Source of the DNA: Leucoraja ocellata
Lineage: Eukaryota
Assembly: GCA_036785375.1 (NCBI GenBank)
Contig: JAWMAR010000567.1
Coordinates: 806,001 to 870,000, forward strand
DNA: 64,000 nt
Reading direction: 5' to 3'
Every line of letters begins with the position of its first letter. Position 1 is the first letter of the stretch. Under the pieces are notes generated by a model. The model saw only the letters and a program-made list of their open reading frames with translations. It did not search any database and had not been told where the DNA came from. Positions 52,092 through 64,000 of the stretch are shown here, in pieces. Position numbers and translations under genes: made by a program.

Positions 52092-53592
52092 TATTTACCT
52101 TTGCAATCCCGCTCACATGCAAAATGTCAGGCCTATGTCATCAGGGGTCAGTTTATATTATTAACACTTTCATTCCTTTCTTCGTGTGATCTTTACAGAG
52201 TCCTGCTATTCTGGAGGTTTTAGTTTTCATGATAGAAGCAATTATTGATTAGACAGTTGTTTATTCAACATTTAGTGTGGGTTCTAATATAATTGAAGAG
52301 CAGACTGAGGGAAATCTGAATGAAATCGTGTAGCTTGCATAGTTGGCATCCTTGAACCAATTTGAGATGATAATATTTTGTTCCATGCAGTACCTGTGAC
52401 ACATCTTATTCATTTATTTGATGTTTTAGTCAAGCAGATTGCAACAGAGAATGGAAGAATATCATTTCATACATATGGGTTTTGATTTGAAGGTGTGACA
52501 CAAATTTGACTGTATTTATGTTAAATAAGATAACTGATGTTTCAACTATATTAAAATAATAATTAATGGAAGGTTTTGTTACAAAATCCAGTGAATGCAG
52601 AACACTGGATTATTTTTAAACGGGGTTTAATATTGATTTAATTACTCTTATAATGCAATTTGTGCAACAATCCAACGTCGGAGGTAATGTACCAAAACGT
52701 ATCTGGCTCATTGACATGGTAACTGTCGAAGGATTATTTTGACGATTGCCATTATACAACTCTAAAGGAGACGTGGAGGAATACAAAAACCCTCTGAGCA
52801 CCAGTGAAACTCTGCATTCGAAACAGTGTGCTGGTACACCTCATCAGACAACCACCTCAGCATCTGAAGACATCAACTCACAATGGAGTGAAAATAGAGA
52901 TTTCTTTAAAAGAAAGCAACCAGTGACTAGCCAGTTTAGACATGACCTTGGTGTGTGGGGGAAAAAAACAAAACATGCCCCAGAAGGCAGTGGAGGCCAA
53001 TTCACTCGATGTTTTCAAGAGGGGGTTAGATTTACTCTTGAGACTAAAGGAATCAAGGGATATGGGGAAAAAAAGCAGGAACGGGGTACGGATTTTAGAT
53101 GATCAGCCATGATCATATTGAATGGCGGTGCTGGCACGAATGGCCTACTGCTGCACCTATTTGGCTAAATCAATTTTTTAAACAGTCTAATGTTTTTTTA
53201 CCAAATTAGAATATATGGTTTTGAATTGTTTTTTTTAATGCAATTTGAAATAAAACCAGAAAATGCCAGAAGAAATTAAGGGATCAGACTGCATTTGTGG
53301 CAAGAGAAAGGGAATTGACATTTCTGATTGAAGACACCCTGGAAGAACAAAGGGTTCATTCCATATTCCTCATTCTACAAATGCTGCCTGACCCTCTTGA
53401 GTGTTTCTATTTGTTTCTATTACATGCTGCCCATCACAAGTTTCATCTGCGTTTTGTATATAGACATGCGCACCAGTGCAATAATGAATGAAATGAAAGA
53501 TAAAGTTACCTCATTTAGAAATTAAAACCAAACATAATTATTAATGTATATACATGTAGTGGAGGAATAGAGTTCTTGTTTTACTAAAGTAA

Positions 53593-53691
<99 letters not shown>

Positions 53692-54129
53692 TAAATTGTG
53701 TATATTTCAATATGCAAACTATTAAAAGGAAATTAGTTGGCTGGAAAAAAATAAGGGGAAATAACGTTTTTGTGCATTTTATTTTAATGTTCCATATCTG
53801 CATACATGCAAAGTGGTGCACATTTCAGGAGTGGCACTAGTTTTAAAAAAAAAGTTAATCTATGTTAAAAGATATTAGACTATGTTTTAATCAATGCCAA
53901 ACAGAAAGAGCGCTGTTTACAAATAAAGAGGAACTGGTGTTCTTTGCCTCCTTTGTGAAGAAGAATCCCTCTATTTGCCATGTTTGCGAACTTTGCTTGT
54001 ATACCAAGGACAGAATTAGAACAATCAGCATTATTCATGCTAAAATGACGCAACATATTGCTGTACTTTACAGAGGTTTATTTTCAGCAGTAACAAATTA
54101 TCGAGCATTTATTACTTGCATAACCAGCA

Positions 54130-55025
54130 TGTAGTGTATTCATGCTTACCCTACCGAATGTCTAGCTTTTTCTTTTATCACAATTTTCCAAACTTAAATC
54201 TGTGCCCTCTAACTCCAGATTCTGTTTATCTATCCTATTAATGACCCTTATAATGTTATAAACTTCTCTAAGGTTGCCCTTCAGCATCCTATATTCCAAT
54301 CTTTTCTTATAACTACAGCCCTCCATTCATTGCAATAATCTTGGTGAATCTCATCTGCACTCTCATGATATTGTATCTTTCCAGCAGTATGGCTAACAAG
54401 TGTGGTTGAACCAATATTTCATCCAACTGCAACATGACATAATTCATTTACTCACTGCGTCTACCTATGAAGTCAAGCCTGACAAATATATTTATCACCA
54501 CACTGTTTGGCTCTGTAACCATTTTCTTGGAGCTGTAGATTTACACTACAAGGCTTCTCTGCACATAACCACTAATTAGGTTCCCGGTCTAACAGAAATT
54601 GATTTGCCAAAGTTCATAACCTCACACTTACTGGCATTAAATTCCATCTATTACCTGTCTGCCCAGGTGATAAATGTACAGATGAATCCTTAGACAAACC
54701 TCTTTGAGTTCCATCACTACTCAAATGTTGTTTTGAAAACTTACTAATCGTACCANNNNNNNNNNNNNNNNNNNNNNNNNNNNNNNNNNNNNNNNNNNNN
54801 NNNNNNNNNNNNNNNNNNNNNNNNNNNNNNNNNNNNNNNNNNNNNNNNNNNNNNNNNNNNNNNNNNNNNNNNNNNNNNNNNNNNNNNNNNNNNNNNNNNN
54901 NAGGCAATTTGCGTACATTCCTCAGATACCTTGACATTTAACCAGCTCGCCATGCAGGACCTTGTCAGAAGCCTTGCCCTAGTCTTTGTGAACCATGTCT
55001 ACTGCCCTACCATCAATTCTCTTAG
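54130..55025 (-). mobile_element. Old degenerate CR1 fragment spanning the assembly gap
   Basis: Minus-strand similarity to the CR1 RT C-terminal region (e.g. WNLMP, corresponding to WQMEFN). Confidence 0.55.
54756..54901. other. Assembly gap (146 N)
   Basis: Run of n characters. Confidence 1.
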
Positions 55026-55279
55026 TTAGCTAGCTTCCATGCACATACCAATGTTCAATTATGGGACCATGTGCCAGCAATATTAACTGTTGTTAGAATT
55101 GTGTAATGACAGGTCTTGATATTAAATAGGTGCCCAATATTCATGTGGGGATATCTCACATTATTTTCACTAAGGGCTGAATCTAAGAAAAGTTATTTCT
55201 GTATTTTATCAAGGCCGGCAACAACATTGTACTAATAATTCTTGCACATTCTGATTTTTCCAAATGACCTAATTTGTAG

Positions 55280-55372
<93 letters not shown>

Positions 55373-55456
55373 TGAGAAGCATGCCTATTCATTGCATTAA
55401 TATTCTGTATATTACATAATTTGGCAGAACCGGTTAATGAGAAACGGTTACATTGA

Positions 55457-55765
<309 letters not shown>

Positions 55766-56410
55766 TGAAACTAGATGTTGCTTATTATTTAAGAGAAATC
55801 ATATACTAAATCCCACAGATATTTTGGCTTTAAAACATATGGGGGGAAAAAAGGTCATGCATTGAAAACTATATTTCTTCAGCTTTAATATTTTGTAATT
55901 CTCCTTTTGTCTTTCTCTAATCAAAGTTAATGCATTTGTAATATCAGTCTATCCTGGTTTATGAAAGTGAAGATTATAAAGCATTGTTTAAATCTGACAG
56001 ATTAATTTCTTAATGGAATATTGTGACAGGAATTTGACTGAATCGTTTTGAACAGATAATGAGGACTGCTGATAAGGAAAGTGTGTTTAATGTGGTCTGT
56101 AGATTTAAACAAAATAACTGACAAAGTCCCACAGGACAGACTGCAAAAGAGGCGGTCAGATTCAAAATTAATTCTGATAGGAAGCATGTTGCTGTGGTGA
56201 CTGAAAGACATTACAATGTGATTACATCATCAGTGCAAGCTCTTTGTAGTACACATCGGCTACAAATATAAATATAGAGATTATGATTAAGGAAGATCAA
56301 GATCTTAATTCAAGCATGCCTACTTATAACCATATAACCATATAACAATTACAGCACGGAAACAGGCCATCTCGGCCCTACAAGTCCATGCCGAACAAAT
56401 TTTTTTCCCC

Positions 56411-59300
56411 TTAGTCCCACCTGCCTGCACTCGTACCATAACCCTCCATTCCCTTCTCATCCGTATGCCTATCCAATTTATTTTTAAATGATACCAATGA
56501 ACCTGCCTCCACCACTTCCACTGGGAGCTCATTCCACACCGCCACCACTCTCTGCGTAAAGAAGTTCCCCCTCATATTACCCCTAAACTTCTGTCCCTTA
56601 ATTCTGAAGTCATGTCCTCTTGTTTGAATCTTCCCTATTCTCAAAGGGAAAAGCTTGTCCACATCAACTCTGTCTATCCCTCTCATCATTTTAAAGACCT
56701 CTATCAGGTCCCCCCTTAACCTTCTGCGCTCCAGAGAATAAAGACCTAACTTATTCAACCTATGTCTGTAACTTAGTTGTTGAAACCCAGGCAACATTCT
56801 AGTAAATCTCCTCTGTACTCTCTCTATTTTGTTGACATCCTTCCTATAATTTGGCGACCAAAATTGTACCCCATACTCCAGATTTGGTCTCACCAATGCC
56901 TTGTACAATTTTAACATTACATCCCAGCTTCTATACTCAATGCTCTGATTTATAAAGGCTAGCATACCAAAAGCTTTCTTTACCACCCTATCTATATGAG
57001 ATTCCACCTTCAAGGAACTATGCACGGTTATACCCAGATCCCTCTGTTCAACTGTATTCTTCAATTCCCTACCATTTACCATGTACGTCCTATTTTGATT
57101 TGTCCTGCCAAGGTGTAGCACCTCACATTTATCATCATTAAACTCCATCTGCCATCTTTCAGCCCATTTTTCCAAATGGCCTAAATCACTCTGTAGACTT
57201 AGGAAATCCTCTTCATTATCCACACTATCTTGGTATCATCTGCATACTTACTAATCCAATTTACCACACCTTCATCCAGATCATTGATGTACATGACAAA
57301 CAACAAAGGACCCAACACAGATCCCTGAGGCACCCCACTAGTCACCTGCCTCCAACCCGATAAACAACCATCCACCATTACCCTCTGGCTTCTCCCATTC
57401 AGCCACTGTTGAATCCATCTTGCTATTCCTGCATTTATACCCAACAGTTGAACCTTCTTAACCAACCTTCCATGAGGAACCTTGTCAAAGGCCTTACTAA
57501 AGTCCATATAGACAACATCCACTGCTTTACCCTCGTCAATTTCCCTAGTAACCTCTTCAAAAAATTCAAGAAGATTAGTCAAACATGACCTTCCAGGCAC
57601 AAATCCATGTTGACTGTTCCTAATCAGACCCTGTTTATCTAGATGCTTATATATATTGTCTCTAAGTATCTTTTCCATTAATTTGCCCACCACTGAAGTC
57701 AAACTAACAGGTCTATAATTGCTAGGTTTACTCTTAGAACCCTTTTTAAACAATGGAACAACATGCGCAGTACGCCAATCCTCGGGGACTATTCCCGTTT
57801 CTAATGACATTTGAAATATTTCTGTCATAGCCCCGGCTATTTCTACACTAACTTCCCTCAATGTCCTAGGGAATATCCTGTCAGGACCTGGAGACTTATC
57901 CACTTTTATATTTTTCAAAAGTGTCAGTACTTCTTTTACTTTGAACCTCATAGTATCCATAGCTACTCTACTAGTTTCCCTTACCTCACATAATTCAATA
58001 TCCTTCTCCTTGGTGAATACCGAAGAAAAAAAATTGTTCAATATCTCCCCCATCTCTTTTGGCTCTGCAGATAGCTGTCCACTCTGTCTCTCCAATGGAC
58101 CAATTTTATCCCTCGTTATCCTTTTGCTATTAATATAGCTGTAGAAACCCTTTGGATTGACTTTCACCTTACTTGCCAAAGCAACCTCATATCTTCTTTT
58201 AGCTTTTCTAATTTATTTCTTAAGATTCTTTTTACATTCCTTATACTCCTCAAGCACCTCATTTACTTCATGCTGCCTATAATTATTGTAGATCTCCCTC
58301 TTTTTCCGAACAAGATGTCCAATTTCCCTTGAAAACCAGGGCTCTTTCCAATTTTTACTGTTTCCTTTCAACCGAACAGGAACATAAAGATTCTGTACTC
58401 TTAAAATTTCCCCTTTAAATGTCCTCCATTTCTCTTCTACATCTTTCCCATAAAACAAAATGTCCCAGTTCACTCCTTTTAAATCATCTCGCATCGCATC
58501 AAAGTTAGCCTTTCTCCAATCAAAAATCTCAACCCTAGGTCCAGTTCTGACCCTCTCCATAATTATCTTGAAACTAATGGTATTGTGATCACTGGACCCG
58601 AAGTGCTCCCCAACGCATACCTCCGCCACCTATCCCATCTCATTTCCTAACAGGAGGTCCAGCACTGCCCCTCCTCTAGTAGGTACCTCTATGTATTGCT
58701 GCAAAAAACTATCCTGCACACATTTTACAAACTCCAACCCATCCAGCCCATTTACAGAATGTGTTTCCCAGTCTATGTGTGGAAAGTTGAAATCTCCCAC
58801 AATCACTACCTTGTGCTTACTACTAATATCTGCTATCTCCTTACATATTTGCTCTTCCAATTCTCGTTCCCCATTTGGCGGTCTATAATACACCCCTATA
58901 AGAGTTGCTACACCTTTCCCACTTCTCAATTCCACCCAAATAGCCTCCCTAGATGAGCCCTCCAATCTATCCTGCCAAAGCACTGCTGTAATATCTTCCC
59001 TGACTAGCAATGCAACACCTCCACCTCTTGCCCCTCCAATTCTATCACACCTGAAGCAGCGAAATCCTGGAATATTTAGTTTCCAATCACAGCCCTCCTG
59101 CAACCACGTTTCACTGATCGCCACAACATCATACTTCCAGGTGTCTATCCAGACTCTAAGCTCATCAACCTTTCTTACAATACTCCTAGCATTAAAATAT
59201 GCACATTTAAGAAAACCCCCGTCTCTTATTCTCTGTTTATTTCCTTTTTTTTCTTTCTCCTCTTGTGTCCGAGTGCTTCCCATTTCTGCTTCCTGCCTCC
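56411..59300 (-). pseudogene. CR1 ORF2 (endonuclease + reverse transcriptase), disrupted
   Basis: Motifs YFNARS, SETWL, GDFN, SDH, QGSVLGP and YADD. In-frame stops at about 58630 and 58213, and a roughly 7-nt deletion just after YADDTKI relative to the copy at 15430. Confidence 0.9.
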
Positions 59301-59348
59301 CATTCTGTCTACTACCTTTCGCTATTTGAGTCCCTCGCCCCAACCATT

Positions 59349-60281
59349 CTAGTTTAAAGTCTCCCCAGCTGCCTTTGCAAATTTCCCCGCTAGGATATTG
59401 GTCCCCCTCGGGTTCAAGTGCAACCCATCCTTTCTGTACAGGTCCCACCTTCCCCAAAAGAAGTCCCAATGATCCAGGAACTTGAATCCCTGCCCTCTGC
59501 ACCAGTCTTTCAGCCACGCATTTATCCTCCACCTCGCTCCATTCCTACCCTCACTGTCGCGTGGCACAGGCAGTAATCCTGAGATTGTTACCTTTTTGGT
59601 CCTTTTTCTTAACTCTCCTCCCAACTCCCTAAATCCTCCCTTCAGGACCTCTTCCCTTTTTTTTCCTATGTCATTGGTACCTATATGTACCACGACCTCA
59701 GGCTCCTCTCCCTCTGATTTAAGGATATCTTGGATGCGTTGAGACACGTCCGAGACCTTGGCACCAGGGAGGCAGACCACCATCCTGGTCTCCCGACTGC
59801 GTCCACAGAATCGCCTATCCGACCCCCTAACAATAGAGTCCCCAATTACTATGGCCCTCTTTTTTTCCCTAGCTTTTGGAGCAACAGGGCCGCTCTCTGT
59901 GCTGGAGGCCCGTCCGCTGTCACTACCCCCGGGTAGGCTGTCACCCCCATCCGTACTCAAACAGGAGTACTTATTTGCGAGGTGTACCGACATTGGAGTA
60001 CTCACTCGTTCCTGCCTCTGCCCCTTGCCCTTCCTTAACGTGACCCACATGTCTCTCTCCCGTGGTTTTGGAGTGACCACCTCTCTATAACTCCCCTCTA
60101 TGACCTCCTCACTCTCCCTGATCAGAGCGAGGTCATCGAGCTGCTGCTCCAGGATCCTAATACGGTCCCTTAGGAGCCCCATCTCGCTGCACCTGGTGCA
60201 GATGTGGATGTCTGGAGGGCCATCCGACACCATGACCTCCCACATCTGACATCCAGAACAGTATACTGCTCTGGCTGTCAT
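59349..60281 (-). CDS. CR1 ORF1p, zinc-finger-like N terminus plus SGNH/GDSL esterase (intact, 310 aa)
   Basis: CxxC...CxxC, then VIGDSIVRG, VHIGTND and DGLHLN esterase blocks. Confidence 0.88.
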   Translation of the reverse strand: MTARAVYCSGCQMWEVMVSDGPPDIHICTRCSEMGLLRDRIRILEQQLDDLALIRESEEVIEGSYREVVTPKPRERDMWVTLRKGKGQRQERVSTPMSVHLANKYSCLSTDGGDSLPGGSDSGRASSTESGPVAPKAREKKRAIVIGDSIVRGSDRRFCGRSRETRMVVCLPGAKVSDVSQRIQDILKSEGEEPEVVVHIGTNDIGKKREEVLKGGFRELGGELRKRTKKVTISGLLPVPRDSEGRNGARWRINAWLKDWCRGQGFKFLDHWDFFWGRWDLYRKDGLHLNPRGTNILAGKFAKAAGETLN

Positions 60282-63245
60282 TCTCCCGCCTTACCCTGGA
60301 TCTGATACCAGTGTAACACAATAGAAACTGCTGGGAGAAATCAGCAGGTATCTGACTCACAACAGCTGCTCCCTCGTGACCTTTAAACTGCACCTTTATT
60401 ATATAAACAAAAAGCACTGTACCTTTAGCCCACTGTACCCTTGGCTCACTGTACCTTTACTAAAGAACTGCACCTTTAACCCACTGTACCTTAACTAAAG
60501 CACTGCCCCTTTAACCAGAAAGCACAAATGCTAACCTGATGTTGCACCCAATCAGCTGCTTCCTCTAGTCTGCTTCCACCAATCAGCGGCTTCCACCAGA
60601 ATCCTCACTATGGAGCGTGGAACGTTACGGATTTTGGTAAAAAAGCCCTGACCCTCCTCCACTGCTCTCCAACGGTCCTGGGCCTCTGTGAAAACAAGCC
60701 CCGCGCCCGATTTATATACTCACCGCCCTGACCCTCCTCCACTGCACTACTTGGCTGCAATGATTCCTGTCACCTTGCATGCCTCACTTACATGACTACA
60801 TTCAGTAGGCACCTTAAAAGCATTGTAGAGACAGCAACACTGTCTCAGCAAAATACTCCTGATCCACAAGCAGCATGTTATGTTTTCCTGGCAACTGCTA
60901 TGTGTCTGATTACATTCAGCCAGTTTCAATGGACACACTCTATACCCAACAAGTTATGTACTCTAGTCTAAGCTTCATTACAGCAAGAGATTAACAGCTA
61001 GACAGAGGAAATGATTTACGAAGATACTGAAAAACAGCATCATCCCCTTTTTGTCGTGGGAATCCTTAGCCTGAGAACGATACAAAATGGAGCAGCAGCG
61101 TTCAGTAGGCACTAAGGACCTCAAGACCCTTTGTCAGGAATATTCAGGATCTGAGCATAATTAATGGTGGGAATACACTATCTCCTAAAGTATCCGCTCA
61201 CCCTGACAAACACTTCCAGCCGCACATGGAGAGTCTGCAGTTCCCACATTGGCCTCATCAGCTACTTCAGAATCCTGCAGAGGTGTAGTGGAAGCAAGTC
61301 GTCCTTGATCCCAAGGTACTGTTTGAGATGAGAAGAGGACTGCTTAGCCTTATTGGTAGAGTCATAGTTATAGAAACAGGATATTCTTGCTGGGACTGTG
61401 TAAAACAAACTAATTAGACCATAACTAAAGTAATGCTTACAGTTGAGGTCACCATATTATAGAAACTGTTATAGTAAGAGAGAGGTAACAGTGGTTTTAA
61501 TTGTCACGGTAAAAAGTATATTTAGAGCTTGGTCGCAAATATTTTTTGTGAGTCGAGAAGGCTGAAGGGAATGTCACTCAAAACATAGAGAGGAAGAGGT
61601 GGGATGAATACTAGAATCATTTTCCCTTGGAAAAGAAACCAATAATTCAGGAGGGATAGGGATATTTTATTTAAGTGAATCGGCAAAAGGTTTGAATGTC
61701 TTCATCCAAAGAGATGTCATGGTCTGAAGCTCATTGCCTGAAGCAGTATTGGAAGCAGAAACCAATCTGGATGAGCATTCAATGTGCTGTAATGTTCAAT
61801 GTTCCTGAGCAAAAGCTGGGGTGTGAAATTGATCTGAATAATGTGGTGTGAATATGATGAGATCATGTCCTCCTTTGGTGCTTTAAAATTCTATGATAGT
61901 TTACAGTTATTTCAGAATCAGTATGCTTTATTATCTTGATCTTTCTTGGATTTTAGCTCCATGTATTTGGCAAGACCACACCAAGTTGAGTATATGTTCA
62001 TATGCACAACTACAGTAAGATGAAAATCTTGTTTGGAGCAGCATCACAGGCACAGACTCTGACAAACACACAGAAATATAAATGATGCATGAAATTCTGC
62101 AAAACAGTAAAAAGAAAGAAGACTGTGGGGAAAAAAAAAGATATTGTTGCGAAAGGGGGAAAAAAAAACATGGTAGTGGGTCGTAGTGTTCTGTTGTCGA
62201 GGTGGGATTAGAGTTCTGCAGGTTGATTCAAGAACCTGCTGTCCTTAGGAAAGTAGTCGTTCCTGAACCTTGTGCTGTGCAACCCCCGGGCTCTGTACCT
62301 CTTGCTTGATGATAGCAGAGAGAAAAGGGCCTTGGCTGGATGGTGGGGATCCTTGATGATAGAGGTCACTTTCATGATGCAGCACCTCATTAGTTTAGTT
62401 TACTTTATTGTCACGTGTATTGAGGTACAGTGAAAAGCTTTTGTCACGTGCTAATCAGTCAGCGGAAAGACAATACATGATTACAGTGTTTAAGAAGGAA
62501 CTGCAGATGCTGGAAAATCGAAAGTACACAAAAATGCTGGAGAAACTCAACGGGTACAGCAGCATCTATGGAGCGAAGGAAATAGGCAATGTTTCGGGGC
62601 AAAAACCTTCTTCAGACGTAGTCAATACATGATTACAATTGAGCCATTCACAGTGTCATGTACAGATTCATGATAAAGGGAATAACGTGAATAACATTTA
62701 GTGCAAGATAAGGCCTGTAAAGTCTGATCAAAAATGGTCTGAGGGTCTTCAATGAGGCAGATAGTAGTTCAGGACTTAATCATATAGATGCTGTTAATGG
62801 AGGAAAGGGCTGTGCTGATGATGGACTAGTGTGTTCCATTTTAAAAATAGGTTGATAAATATAAAAAGAAGAAAATACCCTTTTTTTGTTTTAAAAGTTA
62901 CTTTTGAATTCAGTGTGCAAAAACATGAGAATTATGCGGTGAATGAATTGGAGGGTTAATTCGGTTACCTAATATTTGTTGTAAAGAAACTTGAAGCAAG
63001 ATCAACTTTTAGAATGTAATTATTCTTGCACATCAGAAGGTATAAAACTGAATTATTCAAAATCATACTTATTTCTCCTTGCTAAAGATGAATTTATTTA
63101 TTATTTGATGTCAATTTTGTTGCGAATATGAGAGCAGTGGAAGAGAAAAAAATGGCCTCTGGAGTATTATGCCACTTTTAAAGGAGCAAGGTTCATTTCA
63201 TGTATTAAAATATATGTTCATTTCTCATTTTCCCTTTTCAAACAG

Positions 63246-63328
63246 GATATGCTGGGACTTGCAAAACCACCAGCAGGAGTTCAAGGAAGCGCCCCTCAAC
63301 CACAAGAGCACCCTGGTTTATCCAGCAG
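63246..63328 (+). CDS. SEC23B: SEC23B exon 6 (83 nt); the gene continues beyond the window
   Basis: aaacAG|GAT...AG|GTATTA. Encodes DMLGLAKPPAGVQGSAPQPQEHPGLSS(R); QPQEHP matches SEC23B. Confidence 0.92.
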
Positions 63329-63671
63329 GTATTATATCTGCAGTTAGCAATGATTTAGAGGATAATATCTATAATATAAAAGTAGTTAGATTTCCAAATT
63401 TTCATTTTGTAAATTCTTTACAATGTGCCATTCTCTTAAACAAATGCAACAAACCGTCTTCTCTTGCAAACTGCAACAAGGAAAAAGCTTTTGGAAAAAC
63501 TAATGGGAATAAAGATGGACAAGTCACCAAGACCCAATGGTCTGCACTTAAACATTTTAAGGGAAGTGGCGAAGCGTTTGGAGAACCGTAAATGTGTTTC
63601 CTCTGTTCAAGCATGCTGGGAGATAAACGCGGAATAGACCAGTGAAGCTTATCTGTGGTTGTTATGAAGAA

Positions 63672-63995
63672 AGGGGATTTCTTAAATGTGCATATTTTAA
63701 TGCCAGGAGCATTGTAAGAAAGGTGGATGAGCTTAGAGTCTGGATAGACACCTGGAAGTATGATGTTGTGGCGATCAGTGAAACATGGTTGCAGGAGGCC
63801 TGTGATTGGAAACTAAATATTCCAGGATTTCGTTGCTTCAGGTGTGATAGAATTGGAGGGGCAAGAGGTGGAGGTGTTGCATTGCTTATCAGGGAAGATA
63901 TTACAGCAGTGCTTTGGCAGGATAGATTGGAGGGTTCGTCTAGGGAGGCTATTTGGATGGAACTGAGAAGTGGGAAAGATGTAGCAACACTTATA
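63672..63995 (+). mobile_element. CR1 endonuclease-domain fragment, inverted relative to the full-length copy
   Basis: Near-identical reverse complement of about 58900-59220 (FLKCAYFNARSIVRKVDELRVWIDTWKYDVVAISETWL...). Confidence 0.88.
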
Positions 63996-64000
63996 CTTTG

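Larger units (their letters stand above)
56326..60746 (-). mobile_element. Full-length CR1 LINE in SEC23B intron 5 (antisense)
   Basis: TSD CTACTT (56320-56325 and 60747-60752), (ATATGGTT)n 3' tail, 5' UTR, ORF1 and an APE-RT ORF2. Confidence 0.93.

Noticed and set aside
54614-54953. ORFs spanning X runs
   Set aside because: Produced by the N gap.

Overview
Vertebrate genomic DNA, most likely a cartilaginous fish (skate/shark; inferred from HE1/V-SINE-like, CR1, Penelope and BEL repeat content). Two host genes lie on the + strand. The first is the last four coding exons (960-31241) of a divergent PDE10A-like phosphodiesterase. The second is the promoter, a non-coding exon 1 and coding exons 2-6 of SEC23B (about 42.3 kb to the window end). 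The rest is mostly transposable elements: a full-length CR1 LINE with an esterase ORF1, many CR1 fragments, a BEL/Pao LTR element with nested insertions, a young truncated L1, Penelope-like fragments, and Tc1/mariner and Harbinger MITEs. Three observations stand out. (1) An 18-bp minisatellite places ten UPRE motifs (TGACGTGG/A) directly upstream of SEC23B exon 1. (2) A dispersed Penelope-derived repeat carries a minimal type I hammerhead ribozyme core. (3) The PDE10 gene sits next to SEC23B and may be a second PDE10 paralog absent from mammals. Protein comparisons were made from recalled sequences, not database searches.
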